A stretch of DNA of 64,000 nt from Octopus sinensis (Eukaryota). The stretch spans positions 89,156,001 to 89,220,000 of the forward strand of contig NC_043006.1 of the NCBI RefSeq assembly GCF_006345805.1, given 5' to 3'. The translations under genes were made by a program, and so were the position numbers. Shown one piece after another: positions 22,999-35,619 of the stretch. Under the pieces are notes generated by a model. The model did not search any database. It was not told where the DNA came from and saw nothing but the letters and a program-made list of their open reading frames with translations. Position 1 is the first letter of the stretch. Each line of letters begins with the position of its first letter.

Positions 22999-24929
22999 AT
23001 ATTTCGGAATGGTCATTTTGCCAGTTTAGCCAATGGCTGTATACATCCTAATGTATATTTTGTTAATCCTAATGTATGTAAATTATAACTTTATGACTAT
23101 TAGAGGATAAGAAGCCAGTTCAATTGGTAAAAGTTGATCATGAAATTTGAATGTGTAAGATGGAAGTTGATGGCATACTGGATGTAAAGTTTCTCAAATC
23201 TTTTGCTTGAAATAGAGCCAAGCATCGAAATGTGTTTCTATATGTGGAGCAAATAAATAACCTGAAGAGATTTTCTGGGAACATTGGTTACTTTATTAAC
23301 TTGTCTGACTGTTGTCGTGTATAATAACATGCTTAAACATGAAACTAGTTCTTTTTTTATATATATTACATACATGACTTTTAACGACATGATGTAAAAC
23401 GGTGCAAATATCAACAATATCTTGGAGACATTCAAACAGAGTTAGTGTTGAGAAAAAAACGAGAGATATTAAAGGAGTATCTGTTTATGTAAGAGAAAAA
23501 TTTCAATGAAATAATCTCCTATGCTTTGATTCTTTGGCACTGTATTCTTTTAAACTTTATATATAATAGCTGTAAGTTAAATATCAAGATGTGTGCAGGT
23601 TTAAAGGTTAAAACATTATTCTAACAGCTCGTTATTCCTCATCAGAAAGTTCTGCCATTTGGCATCAAATCATTCTTTCAGATGCTAGAAACTATATATT
23701 TGAAGAGAAGAAAAAAAAATAAAAACGAGGGAGCAAGAAAGAAATCTTCTTAATCTTTCTATGAGTTACAAAGATTCATATTAAATTTTCGTTTTTGCAG
23801 CATTAAGTAGATGAGAGATAAAATGTTCTTCATGCACAGTGTACAAGTCTGTTGCAAATAATATTCTTCAAAAAGAAAGCCCATAACAATGCAGTAGACT
23901 GAACCGTCTGCTTAATCATAAAATACAGTTTTAGAGCAGAATTTAAAGAAAATGCCAGGAGTATCATTTGAATACAAGATGCATTCTAGCAAGTCTGACA
24001 CTGCCTTTCTCAAGGCTATTTTCTTCCTACTTAACTAATTTCAATCTAAAAAAAATAATGCTTAATAGTTTAACAATGTACTTAGTATGTCTTGTAGAAT
24101 GAACATTACTTTTGAAGGCATCCGTAGACTCTTTCAGTATTTATAAACAGTATTTGTATTAAGCACTGACAAAACCTTAAAACAGTTATGAAGTGGCATT
24201 GATGCTTACAGCAGTGAGCAGTGTCTCCTTATGTCACTTATTTACAACTATGAACACTGAAGCAAAGAAATAAGATCTTTTTGTTCATCAATTGACCTAA
24301 TGTTTCATGAAATAGGCACACACACGTGTGTGTTTGTATATATATAGTACATGTATATAGATATATGTATGTATATTATACATGCATATATACATACACA
24401 CAATTTTCATCACTCCAAACTAGCACAAGCACTTTGTTATGAGTGCAATGTTTTTTTATAGCAGAAACAGTTGTAAGTTAATGAAGGTGGTTATGTAACT
24501 TCTCTTCTTTTGTCATTCACTAATTGTATCCTCTTTTTTATTTTTAACTTTCTCTCTTTCAGCCCTTTCTGTAACCAGTTGGCTTTGAATGCAACTAGTT
24601 ACAGATCTGGCCAATCGGTGGATTGATATACCTGCTGGTAAATGTCACTGCAAAATTTTTCCTTTACAGGTGTTGAATTCTTTTCCCATTTCACTCTTGT
24701 CACCCCATCAACTTCCTTACAGCAGGCACAGTCAATGTAAGTACATTAGAATGTAGGTCTGGTGAGACTTTTGAACTGCTAGAATGGAGGTGTGTAGAGA
24801 AGTGTGCTGTGTGCATGAAATAAGGTGGGCAGAAACCTCAGTCAGTTTCCTCACAGGCAAAGAACAAAGGAATAAAATTTGCTGGGAAGGCAGCTGTGAT
24901 ATCATGTGGGATGTAGGCATACTTTGACA

Positions 24930-25390
24930 TAAGAAATAGTTCAGAGAGCTATTTACCTTTGCTGATAATAATGGGCCTCTCCCTCAGAGTGAAAGGTAGG
25001 TTGTATAATGCTTGTGTACAAAGTGTAATACTACATGGTAGTGAGACATGGACTGTGAATGCAGAGGATATGCAAAGATTTTAAAGAAATGAAACTAGTA
25101 TGCTCAGCTGGAAGTGCAATGTCAGTGTAAATGTGCTGAGAGAAAAACTGGGCATAAGAGGTATCAGATGCAGTGTGCTTGAAAGAAAATGCATTGGTAT
25201 GGTCATGTGATGCATATGAATGAGAACAGCCATATAAAATGTATCAATCCCTAAATGTGGATGGAGTCTGTGGAAATGGAAGAGCCAGGAAGACATGGGA
25301 TGAAGTGGTGAAAAACGACCTTCAAATGTTGAGTCTCTCATTTGAGATAACAAAGGAAGAAGATGATTGGTGATTCATTGTGCTTGAAAT
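24930..25390 (+). mobile_element. Decayed RTE-clade LINE 3' fragment
   Basis: FRELFPLL...GLSLRVKGRLYNACVQSVILHGSETW...WYGHVMHM...GRARKTWDEVV, with stops and frameshifts. Confidence 0.8.
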
Positions 25391-25789
25391 GTGTTTTGAT
25401 GTTAGATATTAATACCCCTATGCGATTAGAAGGTGACTCGTTGAACTTTTATAAAGAGTAACGTGTCTTGTTGAAATAGAGAAGAAAGTATTGGAGTCTT
25501 GCATGTTGGTAGTCAGAAGTTACATTTGTGACTGCATTGCTTTACCCCCTGCTTACTTAAAATCATACATCCGCAACCAAAGATATAAAAGTGGTGACAA
25601 GATATTTGAAGCTTGCATTGGATTGTTGAACTTTTTGTTACGAAACCAAAGAAAAGAATTGTTTGCATAGAGGATTTATTGGCCTGTATGGTGCAGCTGC
25701 AACAGTTACTGGAATTAATGTTGAAGAAAGCTGAAAGTACTTCTGGGTTGTTCATGCCGTGACTTATTTGATTGGAGAGTTTATTCTTT

Positions 25790-25970
25790 TACTTCTTCAG
25801 TCATTTGACTGCAGCCATGCTGGAGCACCGCCTTTAGTTGAGGAAATTGACCCCAGGACTTGTTGTTTGTAAATCTAGTACTTATTCTATCTGTCTTTTT
25901 TCCTGAACTGCTAAGTTATGGGGATATAAACACACCAGCATCAGTTGTCAAGCAATGTTGGGGGGGATAA

Positions 25971-26012
<42 letters not shown>

Positions 26013-26165
26013 CGAGCTTCTTTCAGTTTCTGTTGACCAAATCCACTCACAAAATTTTGGTCAGCCTGAGGCTATAGTAGAAGACACTTCCCCAAGGTGC
26101 CATGCAGTGGGATTGAACCAGGAACCATGTGGTTGCTAAGAAAGCTACTTACCACACAGCCACTT
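25790..26165 (-). mobile_element. tRNA-derived SINE family B (CORE-like block, internal microsatellite, CR1-like tail)
   Basis: Homologous to 46800-47926 and 60855-61250. Tail GGCGGTGCTCCAGCATGGC. Confidence 0.8.
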
Positions 26166-26169
26166 ATAA

Positions 26170-27170
26170 TCCAGAAGAAGGTATTACTTTCTTTGCATAT
26201 TTTTGAAGATACAAAGAAATCTTCAAAGAAGAATGCAACAATTGGACTAATGAGAAAAAAGTGTGGCTACTTTTAAGAAAGTTCCCCCTGCCGAACCTGA
26301 AGGATATTGTAATTATATTTTGCCAAAGAAATCAGGTGAGATTTGTTTTCATGAAACAACATTTTATCGAAGATTTCCAGTGAAAGAAGTTTCCTGTTCA
26401 ATACTTGCTGGCATTGCTTAAATTTGGTTAAAAATAAAAAAAGATGATGAAGATTTTGTTACCATACGTGGGTGGAAAACAGAGAATGTGAAAAATTTAA
26501 ATTAAATGAATTAACCCCAGACATGTTCAAATGTCTAATTTTTGTTCAAGCACTAGCTGCTAGCAAAGATGCAGTTACACTTTCCCAGGACCAAAAAATT
26601 AACTCTACAAAGCAGTGGCAGAGGATTAAAAATTTAAGACATGACAGAGATAAAGCTGAAGAAAGGGTTGAGCTCATGTTTGTGAATGTGTCAACCTACA
26701 ATGGATAAGAAAAAAGAAAAACATATGTCGAGATCCAAGCCATGCTATGGGTGTGGAGGCTTATATTTTGAGTGTGGAAAAATCAAACATAAAAGCTCAC
26801 ATTGTAGAGCAAAACAACAAAAAAGAAGGTCAAACAAAAAAATTCCTGGCAAGAAAGTATTGTCAACAAAAGATCTAACCGAGTCTCAGAAAAGAAAATA
26901 TGTGTTCATAAAAATGAATAATGTTAATATCAAGTTACAATTGGATCTGGGCAGTAATATCATGATAACAGTTACGTGGAGGGAAATTGGAAAACCTAAG
27001 TTGAAAAAATCTTCAATTATTGCATGTGGTGTTTCAAGAAAAAGATTGCACTTTAAGGGTGAAATGATAAGTGATGTTACATTTTGTACTGAATAATATA
27101 ACAAATTTATTTGGAACAGATTGAATGGAAATATTTAACTTATGGGACCTCCCCATAATTTTTTTTGTAA
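26170..27170 (+). mobile_element. Ty3/gypsy-like gag-protease remnant
   Basis: ECEKFKLNELTPDMFKCLIFVQ, zinc-knuckle-like PCYGCGG...FECGKIKHKSSHCR, protease-like IKLQLDLGS...WREIGKPKL. Fragmented; no LTR seen. Confidence 0.75.
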
Positions 27171-27499
27171 AAAGCACAAATGAGGCATTGTGGGAATTAA
27201 GAAAATTTTTCCTTAAGTTCTTTTCTGATGCACCAAAATGTGAGTTGCATTTTTTGTTGCAGAGGTTGCATTCATTTCTTTGTGTTGTAATTATGAGCTC
27301 ATTTTGTACAACATCTTGATTGTGTACTTTCATGTGCTTTGAGCAGCCGGATTGGCTGGAAAATTCTCTACAACATATATTGCATTATGGATTAACTACT
27401 AGAAACTGGTTATATTCGAATTGAGGTCTTTTAGTACATTTACGTAGGTGACATGTAAGGTCAGCTCTTGAGACACAAACTGGGCAGCATTCATCACAC

Positions 27500-30400
27500 T
27501 CATAGTATGAGACTGTTCAACCAACAATTTAATACAGAGAGTTACTTATTTGTAAAAAAAATGTAACATGTGACTTCATTGACCGAGGTTACCGTGGTCT
27601 TTTCCGTAGGCTTTTCTTTCCATGGGTAAACCTCACCTGTCTTCCCCTTTACACTTTATATTGACATTTCTGTGATAACGATCCCTATTGATCGATTTTT
27701 TCTTTTTCATTTTGTTTCTATTTTTCACCCCCTTTTTTTTCTTTTGCTTTCCTCTTTCTTTCCTTTTATGATCTCTTTTGATCGAAAACCAACCCCCCTT
27801 TTTTTTATCCCCAAAAGAAAAGCTCTACCTTGTAATTTGTCCCATCTGTGTTCAGCCCTGTGTGGGTAATAAAGAAACATATCTGTCTGTCTGTCTGTCT
27901 GTGCGGCTTCATTACAACAAAGGCGTTCTATAGAGGATTAGTGGAGGGGAGGTGCGACGACGTTCTCGGGCAGAATCTGGGCGTCGATGAGAGACACCTG
28001 ACCCGCCTGTTCAGGACAACTTTCGGGCCGGGATCTATGGACAATCACCAAAGATCTCTGGCCTGGCAGTGCTATCGAGAAGCATTACCTGTTCGGGATA
28101 AGCTTTACAGGCACGGTTCGAGACACACTGGACCGACTTGCCTGAGATGTGGTCAGAGGGACTAAACCGTTCTGCACGCACTTGTGCAGTGTCCATCCAT
28201 TTCGGACCTGTGGGCTTATGTGTGTGGTGGACTCGAGCAAAAGGATTAGAGACAAACACTTACCTCTCTGGCCAATTGCTCATCAACTTTTTCAAGTACC
28301 ACTTGAAAAGGAAGGTAAGAATGGAAAGGCAGGTTTTGTCTTGTGAAAGTTTCAAAAAAAGGTGGGTGAATGTAGCAAAGATGGTGTGTGCGAGTGACGA
28401 AACCACTTTGAGCATAATCCTGTAAATCTTAAAAGAGAGAGAGAGCACTTTGCTCTCATGTGTTCTTTTTCCTTCCTGCCTGAGGTTTCTGTAGGCTTTT
28501 CTTTCCATGGATGAACCTAATCTTGTTTGTTACTTGGAAAAAAAAAAAATTTTTTCTTTCTGAGATACACGATCCCTTTTGATCGTTTTTTTTTCTTCCG
28601 ATTTCTTTTGATCGAAATTTTACATTTGTTTCCTTTATTTTCTTCTTTTTCCTTTTCCACCTCCGAAAAGAAAAGCTCTACAGTTGTAATTGTCCCCTCT
28701 GTGTCCAAACCTGTATGGCCAATAAAGAAAGTTATCTATCTATAGTCGACAAGGCGAAAATGTGCGCCATGCTGGGTAGGAGTATCCATGACAACCTCCA
28801 TCTGATGCGCTACATCATAGACAGGGTAGTCAAGGATCCTGGCATGGGTGGGGCGCTGATCAATTTGGATCAATCAAAAGCCTTCGATAGGGTAGACCAT
28901 CACTACTTGGAGGCTATCCTTAAAGCAGCTGGTTTCGGTCCCATCTTCCATGGTTGGATTGCTGCCTTATACAGCGGCATCCGCTCGGTAGTTCGCGTAA
29001 ATGGTCATCTTTCCAGACCTTTTAACATCATGTGTTTGGTTTGTCAAGGATGCCCGCTCTCATCGCTTCTGTATGTATTGACTCTTGAGCCACTACTGAG
29101 GAAACTGGCAATGCTGAGGGGCATCCCACGAGAGCTTGGATGCAGGAGGAATCTGTCTGCATACACGGACAACGTCACCATCATAGTGTCGAGCCACAAG
29201 CATATCGACCTGGTCGGCGAGACACTAAAAACATATGAAGCGGTAACGGAGCAAAAATTAACCGGGAAATGTCAAAGGGCTTGTGGCTCGGCACCTGGAG
29301 AAGCAAGCCCATGCCGTCCAACAGCATCTCCATCGTGGGACACTGGACCGACAGACCGGTTAAATTGCTCGGAGTCTGGTTCGGTCCGGACCTCCAAATG
29401 GAGAAGAACTGGGGCGAAATAATGACTAGGGTAGCCACTCTCACCCAGCAATGGGCTGAGAAGAAGCTATCCCTAAAAGGTTGGGCGGAGGTGGCGAACG
29501 TGTACATCACATCTGTCATCGAGTACCGCCTGACCGTCGTGCCTTGTCCCAACTCTACCATCACCAAACTGGAACGTATACTCTACTGCTTCCTGTGGAA
29601 GGGAAGCATTCTGATGGTTAGGTGATCCATTTGCTGTCAACACCCGCTAAATTGAGGGCTAGGCATGCTGCGGTTGATGATGCGCAGACATGCGCTGAGA
29701 CTGCGACATCCCCGGCGCTTCATAGACGATGGTGAACAGGTGTGGTCGCCTTTTGTGCGACGTGCTTTCCAGCAGCTCGTCTCCTTGGCCGAACTACAAT
29801 CGTGGATCAAACAGAGACTGAGGCTGGGCGAATGGCGCTGCGAGTGTCGCGTTGCTCTCAAGCAACTCTGTCATCCGAGACCAAATTTGTGCGACTTCAT
29901 TACGACAAAGGTGTTCTATAGAGGATTAGTGGAGGGGAGGTGCGACGACGTTCTTGGGCAGAATCTGGGTGTTGACGAGAGACACCTGACCCGCCTTTTC
30001 AGGACAGCTTTCGGGCTGGGACCTATGGACAATCACCAAAGATATCTGGCCTGGCAGTGCTATCGAGAAGCATTACCTGTTCGGGATAAGCTCTACAGGC
30101 ACGGTTCGAGACACACTGGACCGACTTGCCTGAGATGTGGTCAGAGGGACTAAACTGTTCTACACGTACTCGTGCAGTGTCCATCCATTTCAGACCTGTA
30201 GGCTTATGCCAAATGGCTGCTGTCACGTGTGGGACGAGTCCGCCTGTCGGCCGAGTCTATCTTGTGAATTGCACCGCCCCCTTCCCTCAACTGGGAAGGC
30301 AAGGCAGTCGTCATCGTACTGGTGGCTATGGTGAAAGAATGTGTGTGGTGAACTCGAGCGAAAGGATTAGAGACAAACACTTACCTCTCTGGCCAATCGC

Positions 30401-32301
30401 TCATCAACTTTTTCAAGTACCACTTGAAAAAGAAAGTTGAGAATGGAAAGGCAGGTTTTGTCTCATGAAAGTTTCAAAAAAAAGGTGGGTGAATGTAGCA
30501 AAGATGGTGTGTGCGAGTGACGAAACCACTTTGAGCATGATCCTGTAAATCTTAAAAGAGAGAGAGAGCACTTTGCTCTCATGTGTTCTTTTTTCTCCCT
30601 GCCTGAGGTTACCATGGTCTTTTCTGTAGGCTTTTCTTTCCATGGATGAACCTAATCTTGTTTGTTACTTTGAAAAAAAAAAATTTTTTTTCTTTCTGAG
30701 ATACACGATCCCTTTTGATCGTTTTTTTTTCTTCCGATTCCTTTTGATCGAAATTTTACATTTGTTTCCTTTATTTTCTTCTTTTTCCTTTTCCACCTTC
30801 GAAAAGAAAAGCTCTACATTTGTAATTGTCCCCTCTGTGTCCAACCCTGTATGGCCAATAAAGAAAGTTATCTATCTATCGATCTATCTTGAACACGTAC
30901 ATCCGGTCCATCATTTACTACCGCCTGACCGTCGTACCTTGTCCTGACCTTACCATCACCAAACTAGAACGCATTCTCTTCTGCTTCTTGTGGAAAGGAT
31001 GTGCCCCGATGTTCAGGTGATCCATTTGCTGTCAACATCTGTTAAAAGGAGGGCTGGGCATGCTGTGGTTGATGATGTGCAGACACACGCTGAGACTGCA
31101 ACATCTCCAGCTCTATGTAGACGACGGTGAACAGGTATGATCGCCATTTGTGAGGCACGCTTTCCTGCAGCTTGTCTCCATGACTGAACTGCAGTTGTGG
31201 ATTAAAAAGAGACCGAGGAAGGGCGAATGGCATCGCGAGTGTTGCGTTGCTCTGAAGCAACTATGCCGTCCTGGGTCGACCTTGAGTGACTTCAACACAA
31301 CCAAAGCATTCTATAGGGGATTAGTGGAGGGGAGGTACGACGATGATCTTGGGGGCGAACCTGGGCGTTGATGAGGAATACCTGACCTGCCTTTTTGAGA
31401 CGACTTTTGGGCTGGGACCTATGGACAACTTTCAGAGATCCCTGGCCTGGCAGTGCTACCTGTTCGGGATAAGCTTTATAGGCATGGCTCAAGAAACATG
31501 ACGCTGACCTACCCGAGATGCGGTCAGAGCGACGAAACTGTTCTGCATGCAATCGTGCAGTGTCCGACAATCTCCGACCTGTGGACTTATGTCGAATGAC
31601 TGCTGTCACGTGTGGGATGTGTCGGTTTATCAGCTGAGTCTATCGTTAATATAGTCATGCCTCCTTCCTTCAAACGGGAAGGAAGAGCTATTTTTATCAT
31701 ACTTGTGGCTATGGCGAAAGAATGTATCTGGTGGACGCGTCTGAAAGGATTAGAGACAAACACTTTCCTCTCTGGTCAATCTCTCATCAACTTCTTCAAG
31801 TATCACTTGAAAAGGAAAGTGAGAGTAGAGAGGCAAGTTTTGTCTAGTGAATGTTTTAAAAAAAGATGGGTGAATGTAGCAAGGATGGCACGTATGAATG
31901 ACGAAGCCACCTTGAGTATGATCCTATGAACGGTAAGAATTTAATACAGATAGTTACTTATTTGTAAAAAAAAAATGTAACATGTGACTTCATTGACCGA
32001 GGTTACTGTGGTCTTTTCCGTAGGCTTTTCTTTCCACAGGTAAACCTCACCTGTCTTTCCTTTTACACTTTATATTGACATTTCTGTGATAACGATCCCT
32101 ATTGATTGATTTTTTTCTTTATCCTTTTATTTTTATTTACCCTCCCCCCTTTGTTTTTCTTATGCTTTCCTCTTTCTTTCCTTTTACGATCCCTTTTGAT
32201 CGAAAACCAACCCCCTTTTTTTATCCCTTAAAGAAAAGCTCTACCTTGTAATTTGTCCCGTCTGTGTGCAGCCCTGTGTGGCTAATAAAGAAACATATCT
32301 A

Positions 32302-32310
<9 letters not shown>
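27500..32310 (+). mobile_element. Head-to-tail array of four 5'-truncated Tx1/L1-like LINEs
   Basis: Units at about 27500-27900, 27901-28740, 28745-30885 and 30890-32310. RT motifs GRSIHDNL, LDQSKAFDRVDH, QGCPLS, AYTDNVT. C-terminal WQCYREALP...CLRCGQ. Each unit ends AATAAAGAAA + (TCTG/TATC)n. Confidence 0.88.
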
Positions 32311-32348
<38 letters not shown>

Positions 32349-32769
32349 TGTGTGTGACTTCATATATAATAGATGAGAAGAAGTATTTAGCAGTACGAGC
32401 ACTAATAAATTATATTCTTTTAATTGTTTGGAGGACTCTTAGAAGTAGTTAATATGTTACTTAAGTGACCAAATTAACAGTAAAGGGTGACAGGCGGGTA
32501 AAGAAATGCCAGATAAACCAACTAGATGGGACATGAAGGAGAGGAAGATGTGGGGTAAAAATCAATGCTATTTGATCACAGACTCAATAATGAACCTCTA
32601 AAAGGATATAATAAAATGACTGCAAAGTGCAGTAAGATGCAATGTGGGAGAATACTCATCTAACCCATGCAAATATGAGAAAGTGAACCGCCAAAAGATG
32701 TGTACTTTGAAGAGCAAAAACATAAACTGGTACATTAAAAAAATGCCTTGTTCATATCCTAAAATCAAG

Positions 32770-33000
32770 GTGCCACATAAAAAGTGCTGGTGCTAGCACC
32801 ATGTAAGAAGCACTGATTAATGGTGCCATATAAAATGCACCTAGTACAATCAGTGAAGTGGTTGGCATTAAGAAGGGAGTCCAGCTGTAGAAATGAAGCC
32901 AAAATAGACTCTGGAACCTGATGTGGCCCCTTGCCTTGCCAGCTCCTGTCAAGCTGTCCAACTTATGCCAGCATGGAAAACAGACATTAAATGATGATGG
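32770..33000 (+). mobile_element. RTE-tailed short element (family C)
   Basis: GTGGTTGGCATTAAGAAGGGAGTCCAGCTGTAGAA...ATGCCAGCATGGAAAACAGACATTAAATGATGATG. Confidence 0.75.
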
Positions 33001-34969
33001 TATTTATTTTGTCAAGTTGGACAGACACATTCTGTCAGTCTCACCATTAGAAATGGAATGAATCAATGAATGGTTAAACAGAAATCTATAACTATGATTC
33101 ACAAAATTCAGGACATAAAATTTTAATTTAAAAAGGAGACACTTATTTCTCAATGTACCCAGGTAACTGATAATAAATAGATACCTGAAACAGTACACAG
33201 TTTAGTGCTGTAATGTTTTCTCAGCCTGCAGAGTTGAGATAAAATTTTCCTGATATGATTAGAAAGGAATAAGCTCTGCCAAATAAGGTTTGCTGATTTA
33301 CAGCCAGATGGATTGAGCCAGTCAGTGTTAAATAATCTGGCCCTCAATGCTACATAGTACTAGACACAGGAAATGAATTATATTTTTAACCCTTTTATTA
33401 CTAGCCCACCCTAGACTACTGTGGATGCATGATACAAATGTCATGCTTTAAAGTAATCCAAATTAAAATTTTTATTTTAAATTATGTTCCAAACACCAGA
33501 TTTATTATGGCAAAGTAATTTCACAAAATTCTTCATGATTTTCAAAATTAATTGAGACAAAAGCAGTGTATTTCAAGAGAAATACAGCAACAAGAGCATT
33601 CAACAGTCTGAGGACTCCAGCCACCTACAATGTTTAAATTTACTTTATGAACAGTATACAAAGATTGTCCATAAACTCTTCTCTCATTAGTTCAGACTCT
33701 CAATGACTACTATTCTAGTTAATTACATTAGAAAGGAGGCCAAAATCAATTATGTAGACCAAAAATATGTTGTTTTTTTTATCAGCATACTGAAACCAAA
33801 ACTTAATTTGGTAAAAAAACAAAATAAAATAAAATAAATGACATGCTAATAACTTCTCATAACTATGGAAAAGAAATTAATAAATCCTTGAGTGAAAAAT
33901 ATACTTTGATTTAACATGAGGTGATGTTGTTAGTTTAGGTTTTGTAAATTAGCATATCTCAGTTATTTGAGATATTCATTATTTTTATTAAATATTTTTG
34001 TATCATTAAGGTCCTAATAGATGTTTTATGAAAATATGTATTATTAAAACTTTGACTAGAATTATAAATCTCAGTATATGTTGTAGGTAATGTTGTGATG
34101 TCTAATAGCTTTATAAAGAACCATTTCAATACAACTAATGAGAGGCTAAATATGAGAAGTAACTGTGAACCCCACTACACTCTCCTCTTTCTCTTCAGCC
34201 CACAAAACTCTGCCAGAACATTATACAGCATAAAACATATAAACTACTGACTTGGAACCAATAAATTAGAAAAATAAATCATATGTACAGAGGAAAGTAA
34301 ACAGAAAAAAGAACCACCCCAAAATACTTAGAACTAATGATAGGAAATGTAAAAATAATGAATATTTATTTCAATTAAATTAACAACCAAATGATATTCC
34401 TTGTTGCATAATTTTGAAATGTTTTTATTTCTAAATTTTCATAATTCTAATCCAAATATTTGCTTACTTACTTTCGATAATTAAATAAATAAATGAATAA
34501 ATACAAAAAGTTAGGCAGAGAGCAATTAAAAATAAGAAACAATCTTCAATTTGTTTTCATTAATTTAATAAAGTATCCTGAACAAATACAAAATCTCTCT
34601 CTTTATTGGTTGCTTTAAGCTTATTGCTATTTAATAGACAACACTGACATCTCTGTTACAGTATTAAGTCGAAAATAAAGGATAATATATCCCCTTTTAA
34701 TAATAACCTTAGATAAATTGAGCGGAAATAGCTGTAATAAATCATAATTGCACCTTTTTATTTTCAATTATTTTATCATTTTAATTTACTTTTGCTTTTT
34801 TGTGTTTTTTTAAAAATATATTTAAATGGAACCTTTCTTGAAACTTCTGCTAATGATCAATAAATCCACAGAAATATCAATATATATAATAATATATCGG
34901 TTTCCTCCTTAATTTCTGCATTACATGCAATGTAGAATTTATATACAACATATAATCATTATATGGAAG

Positions 34970-35130
34970 ATATAGGCATGTGATTTAGAAGTTCATTTCC
35001 CAGTTATAATGGTTTCAGGTTCAGTCCCACTGCAATACAACTTGGTGCAAGTGTTTTCCACTATAGCCAAAGTCCGATCAAAAACTTGGGACTGGATTTG
35101 GTAGATGAAAACCGAAAGAAACCTGTGTGT
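34970..35130 (+). mobile_element. SINE family B 5' fragment
   Basis: GGTTCAGTCCCACTGC...GCAAGTGTTTTCCACTATAGCC...GGATTTGGTAGATGAAAACCGAAAGAA. Confidence 0.6.
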
Positions 35131-35619
35131 ATAAAACAACAAACCAGATAACTATTCCTTTGAGATATTCCATGTAGGGATCATTCACATATCTGTGCAA
35201 ATGGTAAATTTAAAATCTTACCCTTTTTCAAAATAAAAGAAAATGATCCACTATGAAAACCAAAAGAAGAATACTTCATAAGAATTCTAAATCCAAAACC
35301 AAATGAGAAATAATGAACAGTATTAATATAAACAACTTCCTGTATATAGATTATCCCATAACAAGAGTGTTTGAGAAACTTAGCAATGAAAGCATTTGTA
35401 ATACAAAAACTTCCTTGAAAAAGGTTTGTGTCATCCTGTTTTTCTAAAATTTTTATTTAATTAACAACTTTTATATTAAGAAAATATTTCTTCAAATATT
35501 GTGACAGTATCAAGTGTCTTTTTTTCAAATGCTTTACATACATACATACATGCAGGCACATGCATGCACACACATAGACACACACACGTACACACACATT
35601 CATACTAACAAACCAAAAA

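Noticed and set aside
27034-27333. Cys/His-containing minus-strand ORF as a zinc-finger gene
   Set aside because: Spacing does not fit C2H2, there are no splice signals, and it partly overlaps the gypsy remnant in antisense.
33150-33347. Extra THUMPD3 exon within the long intron
   Set aside because: AG/GT sites exist, but the peptide has no THUMPD3 similarity, and the flanking exons already join without a gap.
34180-34270. Plus-strand exon after a strong polypyrimidine-CAG
   Set aside because: Stops in all three frames within about 70 nt and no donor.
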